Positions 40,640 through 54,241 of a stretch of DNA of 64,000 nucleotides are shown piece after piece. The notes beneath the pieces were generated by a model. It did not search any database, was not told where the DNA came from, and saw only the letters and a program-made list of their open reading frames with translations. The translations under genes and the position numbers were made by a program. The number at the start of each line of letters is the position of its first letter. Position 1 is the stretch's first letter. The DNA is from Octopus vulgaris (taxonomy: Eukaryota): positions 29,450,001-29,514,000 of the forward strand of contig OX597828.1 of NCBI GenBank assembly GCA_951406725.2, read 5' to 3'.

Positions 40640-41953
40640 GTGCGGTTACCAGGCTGTATCTAAACTATTTTACCCCGCTGTTAGGTTCTTCTGGCATTCG
40701 ACCTGATCTAAGGATACATTAATTATTTTGAAGACACTTGACCTTTAACCTACCTACCTATCTGCAGACAAAAACAACCTGTTCTTCCACCCTGTGATAC
40801 CAATCTCTTCTTTCTTTCTCTACTTTTATCTCTTCTTCATTATTATATTTCCATTGTTTCCTTCTTATGTAAACCTTTCTTTTTATGAAAAAATTGTCTG
40901 ATTTCTGGATATACGGCGAATTTACGTCCTCAAACTTCACTGGTTCAACAAGGCGAAACTTGAAATCCGAATCAGAACAATATTATCAATAAACTTTACT
41001 ACACACACACACGCACACACAAACACACGTACACATACACATACAAACATAGCCCCACCGCCAGTAAATGTTTTGTTTATTTTCAATAATACCAAATGAT
41101 AGATATAAATGCATATAAATATATGTGCACGCATATGTGTATACGCACACACAAACATATATCACTGCACGAGTGTTGTTTTGAAAAAAAGGTTGGTTTG
41201 TCTCGACCCTAAAGGCTCGTTAGTCCGGAGCTTAACCTAACTTTAACGGGACACCAGTCCACTGCAGGATCAATCTCGCCAGCAGTCACTGACCTCAGTG
41301 AACTGAAGTGATATAAAATAAAGTACATGGAGCAGTACCAAAGGGCACTGTTTTTGAGTACGTCAGCAAAAACATTTTAATTAAATAAATTGGCAAACCT
41401 AATTTTGCTTCGTGACTTTAAGCTATTTATTTAGATTTTACGGGGTTTCGTTTTTATTTATTTATTGTATTCTATATGACACCCCCACACACACAAACAC
41501 ATACACACACACACATACGTTTTGTAATACAATTGTTCTCGGAACAAATTTTAGTTTAAGATGAAATTACTAAAGATATTCCACCCTTGTGGGTGTCAAT
41601 TTTATTCATACCTTCGAAGTTAACTCCCCCCGGAGACGTAAGTATTCACTCTTTCTCACAACACACGAATATATTTTACTTTATAAATGCTAGCATTCAG
41701 TTCTTGTGGGAATATGCGTATTTATTTAGTGATTATAATTTCGAAGCCATTTATTCTTGAATGCAACAAGCAGCCAAACATTTCACTCTTATTTTTGCAT
41801 ACAATGGTGTGACTTCATTACAATTGTTAATGACAAAGGACAGTTGTTACCATTAAATACATTTAAATATTTGTTCTCTTTCTCAAAACAATTTGGCGGA
41901 TTGATGACAAAATCGGCGACAAAATATGTTGTGACATTTAGTTACACCTCCTT

Positions 41954-42326
41954 AGGCACAATGGCCCAGTGGTTAGGGCAGCGGACTCGCGGTCGTAGGA
42001 TCGTGGTTTCGATTCTCAGACCGGGCGTTGTGAGTGTTTATTGAGCGAAAAAACACTTGGAGCTCCACGAGGCTCCGGCAGGGTGGGTGGGTGGTGGTGA
42101 ACCCTACTGAAGACTTTTACCACAACTTTCTCTCACTCTTTCCTCCTGTTTCTGTTGTACCTGTATTTCAAAGGGCTAGTCTGGTCACACTCTGTTTCAC
42201 GCTGAATCTCCACGGGAACTATTTTAAAGGTACACGTGTCTGCGGAGTGCTCAGCCACTTGCACGTTAATTTCACGAGCAAGTTGTTCCGTTGATCGGAT
42301 CTACTGGAACCCTCGTCGTCGTAACC
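41954..42326 (+). mobile_element. SINE family C
   Basis: Matches 46785-47165 over its length. Confidence 0.88.
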
Positions 42327-44292
42327 TACTTACCTTTTGAATTCAAATATCGCCCATGTTCACTTTTCTTGATTTCTTTCTGTGGTCGACAAAATCGACT
42401 TTATTGTGGAAGACCGTACCCCCGTATGACCAGACCAGAGTACACTAAACGAATCTAGTGAAACTCGTAACAACCGAACAAATAAATTATACAATAAAAT
42501 ATAAGCAAAGAAGTAAAAAAAAATTGTCTATCTAAAGAAGGCGAATGATCTTAGAAGCAATCAAGTAATGAACCAGTATGAGTTTTATATATATTTATTG
42601 CTTGGTCGATGAATTATTTAACATTTACATTTTGTTAGACGTGCAGTAAAAAGAAAATCAATCGAATATTTTATACATCTCTTTATCATGGCTTCTCATT
42701 TTAAAATCGATTCTAGAATCACAGCTTGATAATCTTAGTGGAGATGTTGGTTTCGGTAATGTTCTCATACTATGTATGTGCTTTACTTCTGAACCACCAT
42801 GAATCTTGCTTTTGTCAGGCAAAGAAGGACAGCATCTACGATGTTTTAAAAAGATTCCGAGGCTAATAGGAGAATGGAAAGTATTTATATTCTGGTGAAA
42901 AAAAAATCTGAACTCTATGCTTCCGTTTGAATATTAAATTTCTTTAAATTAATTATCCTATAACTAATATGCTTCGTCGTTTCCATAAATTCTTTCTGTG
43001 TCTAAACTTAGTTTTTGAAGCGCTTTTCCAGTAAAGAAGCTACGACGAAAAAATCGAACAATTTATGTTTTTGTCTTAATTTTTATTACTTGTTATGAAG
43101 AGTGGTGAGAAAACTCGTCAATGTTCACTTTGAGGTACCTCCAGGATGTTGACAGATAGCGGTGGGGGGGATGTTGCACCAGCACTCTGGATAGAACTCA
43201 TTCTTCAGTGAAGTAGAGCGAAGCAACGTGAAACAAAGTGCTCTACTGAAGAACACACATGACAACGGGGTCTAGAAATCGAACCCACGTTCTTGCGATC
43301 AAGAGTCATATACTTTAAACTTCTGGCTACGTGCCCTCACATATACACAAATACGCACACACAAGTAAGTGCATAAAGAACAGCATAAACGCTTCTTAGG
43401 TCTTTTAATCCAAGGGATAAAAGCATCGCTTATGACCCCTTTCAGGGTCCCCGAGACTAATGGGGAGGCAGGAAAGAAGAAGTTCCCCTTCAACAACGAC
43501 CTAGTTTGAATACTTGCAACATAGTCGACTCTGCTAAAGGCACCTAAGATGCCACGAAATGGTAAGAAACTGGGCGATGGATTAAATCTGCCACTTAAGT
43601 AGGTCATGGCAGATTTGAACTTAGAACACAGAAAACCAGAACAAATACTGCGAGGCATCCAGTCTGAGATTCTTACCATTCCACCAATCCACTGTTCTGA
43701 ATTATACCATTTTTAATGGAACCTGAAAGAATGAAAGGCAAAGTTGACCTATGCAGGATTTGAACTCGGAGCGTAGAGTCGGCACAAATCTCATACGGCG
43801 TCCTGCTTGAAATTTTATTTGTTTAGACGCTTATTAGCTGTAGGATTCTACCAATTCGCTGCATAACTTGTTGTAAGGTAAGTAATTTAGATTAACGGAG
43901 GAAAACTGTTTTTGCATATTCGGCAGCAACGCTGGGTCCATCGGCTACTAAGAGATATTGGGTAAGTTCCCTTTGATATAAATGGTAGCACCATATGTAT
44001 TTCGATTCCAATTTGGGTGTTCAATGTTATTTCTTTGTGATTATTCTTTTCTAAATGGAGAAATAGTTGTAGATCTATGCCAATTCTGTACCCACGAAAG
44101 TATTTAGTTGTATTCCTCTATGTTTTGAGTTCGAAATTCCTTTAGGGGTTCTGAATTCTCAACGGAGTCAAAATTGTATCACCCATGTATTGAGGCCAGT
44201 TTAAAAGACTAGAGATTTTACCATCAATTTCCCTTATAAATATTCCTCCTTGGGTTATTGTAACAAATTCCTATTTGAGATGAGGTAATTAC

Positions 44293-44363
44293 CAACGATT
44301 AGAAGTATTCCAAATTCCATTTTCCAGTGTTTACATTTCGTTTTCCTTTCATCAATATCGCTT
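44293..44363 (-). other. Candidate exon with possible start MEFGILLIV (phase-1 end)
   Basis: Acceptor tcttgtctttcccag, aaaATGG at 44320, donor GTAATT; 100-nt intron to the upstream candidate exon. Confidence 0.35.
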
Positions 44364-44463
44364 CTGGGAAAGACAAGACCGTCACACAACCCTCTATAAC
44401 ATCTCCATATAAACTTTGTAGATTGTGAACTTCGTCAATTTCTCATTATCCGATAGTACTCAC

Positions 44464-44641
44464 AACCGGATACTCCGGACATGTTTGAGGAGACTATCTT
44501 CCCGCAACAGATTGAAATATAAACAACCATGACGTCCATGTCAGCCAGAAAGTTTTGATAGCAGAAGATTTCACTTAATAACGAAGACTTGTTAAACAAC
44601 AGCTTGAGTAACGGGTGTAATCGTTGACAATGACAGATACC
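44464..44641 (-). other. Candidate 178-nt exon (5' UTR or coding)
   Basis: Acceptor attatacag, donor GTGAGT; frame 0 open throughout. Confidence 0.35.
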
Positions 44642-45168
44642 CTGTATAATAAATACAGTTCATTTAAATGAAATATGTTAATATCTATTTTTATAATGAG
44701 GTCGATGAATAGGGAGGGAAGAAATATCAACAGATTGACGCAGTTGATTCTAGCTTAGGAAAACAGTAAGCCTGCACCATACGAGAAAATCGGTGACGGT
44801 CGTTATTGTTTTGGTAGGAGGGAAAAGTTGCTGTGAGCTGCACTAGAGTTTTCAAATAAATTAGATGATATGAACGATTTAAATATTTCTATTTTTAATC
44901 ATGAACCATCACAAATATAACGATTGAGATTTTTTTAATATTTAGATCTGATATTTCATTTAAATGTTTGAAATGTCTTTTTCTTTATTCGTAATTTATG
45001 AAATAATTTATTCTTTAATATTTTAAAAATAAATCTTAGTTTCTTCGTGACCATTTGCCATTTCACTATATTTTGCAGATGGAGAGAAATAGAGGGGGAA
45101 ATAGAAAATGTATTTTTCTTATTTTCATCTTAAAGACATCAAGCAACGTAAAATAAACTGGAAATTAC

Positions 45169-45205
45169 CTTAATTAGCGATTTGAATTTTAACGGTTTCT
45201 TCTGT
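45169..45205 (-). other. Candidate 37-nt exon
   Basis: Acceptor tttgttttgcag, donor AG|GTAATT. Confidence 0.3.
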
Positions 45206-46195
45206 CTGCAAAACAAACTGTACTATTTTGCTAAACAGAAAACTTATCTTTAGAATGGGATGTTGCAGCACTCATGCTTTTTCTGAAAAGCATTATCGAG
45301 ATAAAGAAAATGAAATGGTCTAAGGCTGGTCGCCGATTGTTGGAGGCTTGTCTTTTGTTCCACACAATTCGTAATTTTATGCTTCCTCAGTTATTGGACT
45401 GCGACCATGCTGAGGCACCGCCTTGAAGGGCTTTAGTCGAACGAATCGACTCCACTACTTATGTTTTTAATGTCAGGTTCTTATTCTATTGATCTCTTTT
45501 GCCGAATCGCCAAGTATGCCAAGAAATATAATTTGACACTTTTATTGGCTTCGATCATTGGTTTTATTATTTGAAGTTTTCTTCTGGCCGTTTCAGAGTT
45601 CAAATCTTGCCGACGTCAGTTTTGCTTTTCGTCACTTAGGGCTACTTAAATCGGATTAATCTACCAAAAACCTCTCAAAACTGCTGGCCGTATTCCTAAA
45701 CTAGAAACAATTTCTATATTTTGAAGTATGAACAATACATTAGGAGTTAAGGGCATACTATACATACACACACCTACACCCATCTCTCTCTCTCTCTCTT
45801 TCTCTCTCTCTCACTCTCTCTTTCCCTCTCTCTCTAGTGGCCTAATATTTAGAAGGTTGCACTCACGACCGCAAGATCTTGGTTTCAATTCTCGCACTGA
45901 GCGGTACGTAATGTTCTTCAGCAAAAGACTTCATTTCACGTTGATCTACGATCGCTTTGGCATCTGATGCATGGAACACCGTGCAACTGAATAGAAATGG
46001 GTCTTCAAGGACAAAGTTAATGATCGGACAACATCGAACACAATAGCTACATGAAATGCATTTGAGTTTAATCAACTTAATACAACACATCTTCTCCAAG
46101 TGATACACGTTAGGGGAAAACTGAAAGTCACTACTGCAAACTAAGAATGAGAACCTGACATTAAAAACATAAGTACTGGAGTCGATTCGTTCGAC

Positions 46196-46580
46196 TAGTT
46201 AGTTAGTTAGTTAGTTAGTTAATTTGGCTCAAAAGCAAATAGCAAGGCCATGTAGGGGGACATGGAGTTAAGTACAGGGTGGTGTTCATGTAAAGAGTTC
46301 AGGCCACTTGAGGTCCAGGGAGGCTTTGAACAAAGCGGTCGTCGGCATCTTCACCATCTCGTCTGGCAGCTTGTTCCACGGATCCGCAACCCGGACGGAG
46401 AAAGCTCCTCTCCTTCGATTGAGATGAAATCGTCGTAGGTAGAGCTTTTCGGAATGACCCCGCAGCCGACGCTCTGGAGCAGGAGTGAAGAACAGCTCTT
46501 TCGAGAGGTTACACTTTCCGCTTATGATTTTGTGGGGGAGAATGAGATCACCACGGCGGCGGCGTTTTTCAAGAGAATAA
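46196..46580 (-). mobile_element. 5'-truncated CR1-clade LINE (RT C-terminus and 3' tail) inserted into a SINE A tail
   Basis: LYSLEKRRRRGDLI...RLRGHSEKL...FSVRVADPWNKLP...FKASLD; (AACT)n tail; splits gtcgattcgttcgacta from aaggtggtg. Confidence 0.9.
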
Positions 46581-46781
46581 AGGTGGTGACCCAGCATGGT
46601 CGCAGTCGAATAACTGAAACGAGTAAGATAAAGGCCAGCAGTTTTGAAAGGTTTTGGTAGATAATTTGTAAGTGTCGGTACTGTTCACTGTGACGAATTT
46701 GTCTTACCATTCCTAAGATCAACTTACAGCATGGTGGAATTCTGAAATTTACCTGTTTTGACTACTTTATTATTTTCGCTA

Positions 46782-47184
46782 GGGGGCGCAATGGCCCAGT
46801 GGTTAGGGCAGCGGACTCGCGGTCGTAGGATCGCGGTTTCGATTCCCAGACCGGGCGTTGTGAGTGTTTATTGAGCAAAAACACCTAAAGCTCCACGAGG
46901 CTCCGGCAGGGGATGGTGGTGATCCCTGCTGTACTCTTTCACCACAACTTTCTCTCACTCTTACTTCCTGTTTCTATTGTACCTGTATTTCAAAGGGCCG
47001 GCCTTGTCCCTCTCTGTGTCACGCTGAATATCCCCGAGAACTACGTTAAGGGTACACGTGTCTGTGGAGTGCTCAGCCACTTGCATGTTAATTTCACGAG
47101 CAGGCTGTTCCGTTGATTCGGATCAACCGGAACCCTCATCGTCGTAACCGAGGGAGTGCTTCCACTCCAAAAAAATAAAAAAAA
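46782..47184 (+). mobile_element. Full-length tRNA-derived SINE family C with A-rich tail and 13-bp TSD
   Basis: A box tggcccagtgg, B box gtttcgattcc; TSD attattttcgcta at 46769-46781 and 47185-47197. Confidence 0.92.
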
Positions 47185-47719
47185 ATTATTTTCGCTATTT
47201 GTGCCCTCGCCATTCGATAATAACAACTTTCCACTGCAAAGAAATTAGTAAAAGGATAAATAAATATAATAAAAGTAAATTTGGTTTCGTTCTCGAATAA
47301 GAAAATGATATTTCTAATCAATCAGACCATTAAGAAAATATTAAGAAACAGTAACACATTCAGTGTTAGGTTTAGATAAATCAAAATTGTCATGAAAAAC
47401 ATTTTCATGTACCGAAATGTATAGTTTAATAATTAGCTAATAATTAATTCGTCGTGTAACTAAGGTTAGTGGTAGGGGTTGGGGGTTGGTGTGACGGGGT
47501 AGCGTTAACTTTCTCCAGTCCCAGGGGTCGCTTTTATGGGAGTGGCACTTTTGGATATGCTATATAAGCATTGATGGCAGCAAATTCGGAGCCACCAGTT
47601 TAACTAACATATACATGGATAGCACACACACACACACACACACAGTTTGAAAAAAACCAATAGAAATGGCTGATGTGATAATTTTTCCATTTTAATAATT
47701 AGAGGTAACGTCTAATTAT

Positions 47720-47776
<57 letters not shown>

Positions 47777-47861
47777 CATATACATATATTTGTATATATA
47801 TGTATGTACATATATATATATATATATATACGTATATACATATGTATGTATGCTATGTATG

Positions 47862-47929
<68 letters not shown>

Positions 47930-48059
47930 AGAGAGACCGAAGCATTTGTTTATTGATTTTCTATAATAATGAAGCTGGATCCCTTAATTTACTGCTTTTG
48001 TATACATATACCGAGAAGACTTGCGGAACAGGCGTTATTTTAACGAGATACATCTTATA

Positions 48060-48158
48060 ATCACCTGAAGAGACACATCTACATCCTAAACCAGTTAGTT
48101 GATCAGTATCCCACCCGTGAGGGATCGATAGTAGGTGGGTTGAAGCAATTGTAGGGAT
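48060..48158 (+). ncRNA. Degenerate hammerhead motif with long stem II in a (TA)n-flanked repeat remnant
   Basis: atcac CTGAAGA gac-acatctac...gtaggtgg-gtt GAAG caattg TA gggat; GAAA mutated to GAAG; palindromic stem III. Confidence 0.5.
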
Positions 48159-48259
48159 CAATAAACATTCTCGTATCTTCCATCTTCCGTCTCTCTCATT
48201 AATCAAATACCCAACGAAAACTGTGAAAGTGGACGTGGATATATATATATGTTAATATA

Positions 48260-48294
<35 letters not shown>

Positions 48295-48295
48295 T

Positions 48296-48326
<31 letters not shown>

Positions 48327-48333
48327 TAATATA

Positions 48334-48366
<33 letters not shown>

Positions 48367-48859
48367 TAATATATATATTAATATATATATATATTAACCT
48401 ATATATATATATTAATATATATATGGTTATTTTACGTGATATAAGGAATGCTAATGAATTATTTTTTTCCAGTGTTAAAAGAAACATGTTTAAACGTGTT
48501 ACTTGTGATATTGTTCAATTTATGTTTTTTGAACTGTGCTAGTAAAAATTTAGATTGAAGTGAGTCGTTACAAGTTAGAGCAATCTAATTCGTTATTCAA
48601 ATTTTACTGATCAGGTCTTCGCCATTAGGATGAGTTGTTCAGCTTTAGTAATTTATTAAGGTCTGGAAACATTTTAGCATATCTCTCAGTGGGAATTGAA
48701 TCCAATAAACTTAGACATAAAAATTTATTCTAACTACATTCTCTCTCTGACTACATTTGTGAATCAGCCTTTTTAGAGTAACATCTTAGAAATAGGTCTC
48801 ATAATCCAGGTGCCTTCCTTGTATCTAGACGTCATCTTGAAAACAATCCCCAGCTCCCT

Positions 48860-49420
48860 CCGTTGTGCTGCATGCAATCAACCACACTCTTGTTTGAAGC
48901 TTATACTTTGATGTCGGCAGTTCACAAACATCATTGGCAACTTCCTTCTCTTTTCCCCTCCAATCAGGATGGTCTTGGGCAGTGATACGTAACACATTGT
49001 ACACCCAAACTATGATAGTTTGGGGACTTGATTCTCGACAATGAAGGTCTTTCGGCTTTTAGCTGTTTTTAGTACTGCAGCGTTTGTTACCCTGTCTTTC
49101 CAGCTTATTCTCTCCAATTTGCGCAAGACCCACATCTTAAAGGTTTCTATCTTTTTCTCCATTACAATGTACACTGTCCAAGTTTCTGCTCTGTAAAGCA
49201 CGAATGACATACTATAACAGGCTTTTGGTTAAATATTAGTTGCGGTGTGGTCTTTTTACGGTGAAGATCTGTTTAATAGTACAATCAGGTTCCTTGCACT
49301 ATTAAGAGATACGAATCTTGATCATAGATAGAATACGGTGCTGGTGACAAATTCCAAATCGCCGACTTCCCTAATGGGGTCCCTAAAATCGTCTGTTGCA
49401 TTAACATGAAATGCTTCTTT
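48860..49420 (-). mobile_element. Decayed RTE-clade LINE fragment
   Basis: VLYRAETWTV...KKIETFKMWVLRKLERISWKDRVTNAAVL. Confidence 0.8.
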
Positions 49421-51269
49421 TCTTGTAAGCTCCACGGAACAGAGGAATGTTCTAGTTAGGAAAGGTCAATGATAAATATTTTTAAAATTCCTTGTTCAAA
49501 TATTATCTCTTAGTTTTGTAAACATTTTTAATGCATCACGAAGAACTTCATTTCCCCCCGCCGCCATATCTGACTCTTTGAAACGTGAAGTCAAATACAC
49601 CAACTCATTAATTCTCTGCAGGGATATATATTTAAATTTTGGAAAAGTTTGGCTCGAATGTGGAAATTACGATTTCGAGCGATATAAAAACCCGTTGAAC
49701 TTTGATAAACATCAAGATTACCATTGTACAATAATCAAACGTAAAACATGAGCTTGAAGCAGCCGTCTCTCGCAAGAATTCTTCAAAAGGAGCGTAAATA
49801 TAAGCCTTATATTCATACCTTTTATACAATATTAAAAAAAAAATTAAACAGCAAATAATCCAACAGAAAACATGACTCGGATTACCAACTAATGATCGGA
49901 AACCTGTTACTCAGAGGACTGGACTTCTGAACTTAGGAGCCCTTCAGTTGTAATACATTAAATACACTTGTGTAATGCTTTAAATACACTCTACACTTAT
50001 GAATTGAATCCTGCAATTTATCGCTTCTGATGTATACACACACACACACACTCCTGTTGTACAGGTTTGTCAATAAGTGTACGAGAAATACCTTACAAGA
50101 CTCTAGGGTGTATATGAATTAAATAAAATTCTACTTAAGATTATACCTATATTCGACTATTTTCAAAAATTATTTCTGCATTATAACTCCAAGTGAAAAT
50201 ACGCAGAGTGAGTCTGAGAAATTAAGTTTCGGTTAAAATATATATTAAAATACATTAAAAAAAATTGCATTAAAAATATTTATTGTAATTTATTGAAAAT
50301 CAATAAAATAGACATTTAAATATGAATTTATATGATTAAGTGTGTATTTTATTAAGAATAAAATACTTAAGTTGTTTGGTTTGACACATATGTGACTCCA
50401 TTGCCGTGCAGAGTGCAAAACAATATTGTATGTGTGTGTGTGTGTGTGTGTATGTGTGTGTGTGTGTGTGTGTGTATGTGTGTGTGTGTGTGTGTGTTAG
50501 TATCTTAGCTTCAATATCACAGAGCTGCAGACATTTTATTTTCCGTTTAAAATTTTTGCTTTTCTCAAGGAGGAAATTCAGTAAAAAATATCTTCTCACG
50601 GTCCTGATCATAGGTAGACCACACGCACATATATGTATACATGACAAATACATGCACACAACTTAAGCAAACAGAACATATATCATATGAACAAATCGCA
50701 AAGGTTTGTTCAAATAGGTTGACAAAAGAGTAAAAACTAAAATTGACGTTTACTATGTTTATATATATATAAATATTCAACGTGATTCTGTCGCACACAG
50801 TGATAACATGAAATCAAATACAGAAACATTAGCCATTATACAAGATCAATCAATATGTCTCAGCTATATATCACAATGTTTTGCGTGTCTGTGTGTGAAT
50901 GTGTGTATGTTGGTGTGTATTATGTTAATGTTTGCTTTGGCGAATTATAAAAACAATTTTACATTAAACTGAAGCACTACTCAACACTTTTCGAAGAATG
51001 CATATTTATAATACTTTCACGAGAATACTGGTAACTATATATATATGTATATGTATATGTATATACTACGAAACTATAAAAAGGTTCAAACTACCCACAA
51101 CTGATTTGATTTGAAAACCCACTAGAATGGGAGCAAGCGCTAATCCGAATGATATGATATATATGTAAAAAATGTAATATATAAATAAATATCTACAAAT
51201 ATGAACCATCTGATCTGATTACCTCAATTTTTCTAATATATAATACCTGTACATCATCTCCAAACCTTC

Positions 51270-51309
<40 letters not shown>

Positions 51310-51373
51310 GAAATGAAGAAAATGCTGACAAAATAATTGAAGTAATTTAAGTAATTTAATTAGGTGAAAGTTC

Positions 51374-51409
51374 TTTTTACCGGTTGCGCATTTGTTATGC
51401 TTATCAAAA
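51374..51409 (-). ncRNA. Degenerate hammerhead-like motif with U3-A8 core
   Basis: tt TTGATAA gcat-aacaa-atgc GCAA ccgg TA aa; weak stem I, GAAA mutated to GCAA. Confidence 0.4.
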
Positions 51410-51531
51410 TATAAAAGAGAGATTAGAGTTCCTTCTGATAGATATTTTCCTGTTATCTTCATTTCCTTTTTTATATATCACAACTCGTGTTCGACTTCTC
51501 CTTTTTTTAATATATATATATATATATATAT

Positions 51532-51735
51532 ACGCCGGACGAAATGCGTAGCTGTATTTCGTCTGTCGTTACGTTCTGAGTTTAAATTCCGTCGAGGTCG
51601 ACTTTGCCTTTCATCCTTTCGGGGTCGATAACTAAAGTACCAGTTTCGCACTGGGGTCGATGTAAACGACTTTATCCCTTTGTCTGTCCACGTTTGTCCC
51701 CTCCATGTTTAGCCCCTTGTGGGCAATAAAGAAAT
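51532..51735 (+). mobile_element. SINE family B, 5'-truncated
   Basis: Core and tail match the other copies. Confidence 0.88.
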
Positions 51736-51768
51736 ATATATATATATATGTATATATATATGTATATA

Positions 51769-51813
<45 letters not shown>

Positions 51814-52055
51814 GTATATATATATATGTATATATATATGTATATATATATATATATGTATGTATATATATATATATATATGTATAAATATATATATATA
51901 TATGTATATATATATTACGGAGATGTACTCGCATAGCAAGTAATTTGATCTGAGATCGTGTGCTGAAACGAAAACAATTGCAGCGTGGGAGGTGTTTATA
52001 AGCCATTTAAGAAACACACAAAAGCCGTTCGATTCACTCCAACATTTAAGTTTAA

Positions 52056-52105
52056 TTTGTCAAAATATTTTCGTCGCTAAAATCCGCGACCTGTTCACTG
52101 ACAAA
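52056..52105 (-). ncRNA. Minimal type I hammerhead motif with G3-C8 swapped core
   Basis: tttgtca GTGAACA g gtcgc-ggatttta-gcgac GAAA atat TT tgacaaa: perfect 7-bp stem I, 5-bp stem II, palindromic AATATT stem III. Confidence 0.7.
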
Positions 52106-52946
52106 GTCCGTGCTGCATCTAAGAAAGTAACAGTTAGTTCGTCATATATATGTATGTACGTATGTATGTGTGTATGTATGCATACATGTGTGTATGTATG
52201 TACGTATTCATGTCCGCACATACGCCTGTGTATGCATGTATGTATGTATGTATGCATGTATGTATGTATATATGTATGTGTGTGTATAAGCACGCACATA
52301 CACTCTATAAAACATAAAGTTATAAACCTGTAGCGATGGATGGATGTAGAGTGACCACTCATCACAACGCTATCAAATTTCAACTCCCTACGGCCGAGGC
52401 TAGAAAGTGAATTTATGACGCTTGCTCACAAGAACTATACCCTAAAATCTATTATCAGATTTTTATCTCTATATCACAGAACTAATGTTTTACTATTGTT
52501 CGTATGTATGTATGTATGTGCGTATGTATGTATGTATGTATGTATGTATGTATGTATGTATGTATGTATGTATGTATGTATGTATGTACATACGTACGCA
52601 TGTGCGTATGTATGTATACGCGCCCGTATGCATGTGCCCATGTATGTGTGTGTGTACATGTACGTGCGTATGTACGTGTGTATGCCCATACGTAGGTATG
52701 TATGTATGTTTGTATTCATGTGCTACGTATGTATGTGAGTGTCTAGGAGAATGGGCAGATGTGTCCGTGAGAGTGTGTACATGTGTATGTGTATGTGAAC
52801 GTATGTCCGTGTACTGGCATGTGTCCGTCCAAGTTGTGTACATGACTGTGTATATATATATATATGTATAAATATATATATATATATGTATGTATATATA
52901 TATGTATAAATATATATATATATATATGTATGTATATATATATATG

Positions 52947-52985
<39 letters not shown>

Positions 52986-53106
52986 ATATATATGTATATA
53001 TGTATGTATATATATATGTATATATGTATGTATATATATATGTATATATGTATATATATATATGTATACAAATATATATATATATATGTATGTATATATG
53101 TATATA

Positions 53107-53368
53107 CTCTTTACTCTTTTACTCTTTTACTTGTTTCAGTAATTTGACTGCGGCCATGCTGGAGCACCGCCTTTAATCGAGCAACTCGACACCGGGACTT
53201 ATTCTTTTGTAAGCCCAGTACTTATTCTATCGGTCTCTTTTGCCGAACCGCTAAGTAACGGGGACATAAACACACCAGCATCGGTTGTCAAGCAATGCTA
53301 GGGGGACAAACACAGACACAAAAACACACACACGCATATATATATATACATATATACGACGGGCTTCT
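53107..53368 (-). mobile_element. SINE family A, 3' half
   Basis: (tactcttt)n tail and gtttcagtaatttgactgcggccatgctggagcaccgcc. Confidence 0.88.
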
Positions 53369-54020
53369 TTCATAAAAAGCAAAGTTGATCCTACGGAATT
53401 TGAACTTGATACTTTGAAGGAAAAAACTAAATACTGTATAGCATTAAGTCCCATTTTGTCAATTCTCTGCTCTGCCACATAAAAAAACTATGACGATTCC
53501 TTTCATTTGTACCTTTTCAGGATAGGGTTAATATCGCTTAAATTGACTTTATATTTCAGTGGTATATATTGTATTAAGCTTTTATGTCGATATTAAAACA
53601 TAATAGACTCCACTGTGGTTTAAAACCCACAACAGAACTAAGCTGTGAAAGTAATTTAATCTTTGTGCTCACCCTCGATGGCCTGGTACTCTTTGAGCGC
53701 CAAAAGCAATAAAAATAAGTAGCGTATGCATGTGAGGAACTCGTGAAAGTTGAAAGGAATCGTATCAGGTCGCACTTGAGCGAGGGGTGAGAGAGAGAGA
53801 GAAACGATAGATAGACAGGTAGACAAATAGGTAGATATAGGTACTGAGAAAGAAGGTAAAGTTGTTTGTTTGGATCTTGTAAACAAACTAGCAAAAGTTT
53901 CAGACCTTGGATGGCTTCATAAAAAGTATCAGGGAAAGGCATAGAGCTTCTGACCTTATCCATCAAAAAGCCTGCGAAATTCTTTCTTGGTTCTACAATT
54001 GTGGCCTACAACTCGGAACG

Positions 54021-54101
<81 letters not shown>

Positions 54102-54137
54102 GTATGTATGTATGTATGTATGTATGTATGTACGTAC

Positions 54138-54187
<50 letters not shown>

Positions 54188-54192
54188 GTCTA

Positions 54193-54241
<49 letters not shown>

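Noticed and set aside
40758-40940. Charged 60-aa minus-strand ORF (KFEDVNSPYIQ...)
   Set aside because: Splice boundaries are ambiguous and no recognisable homology; not supportable without RNA data
42658-42930. About 90 stop-free codons on the minus strand (RRCCPSLP...KPTSPLRLSS)
   Set aside because: No convincing donor or homology; frames of this length can occur by chance in 64 kb
46785-46860. tRNA gene-like sequences (also 9273, 41954, 60214)
   Set aside because: A/B boxes continue into repeat bodies with tails and TSDs, so they are SINE heads rather than tRNA genes
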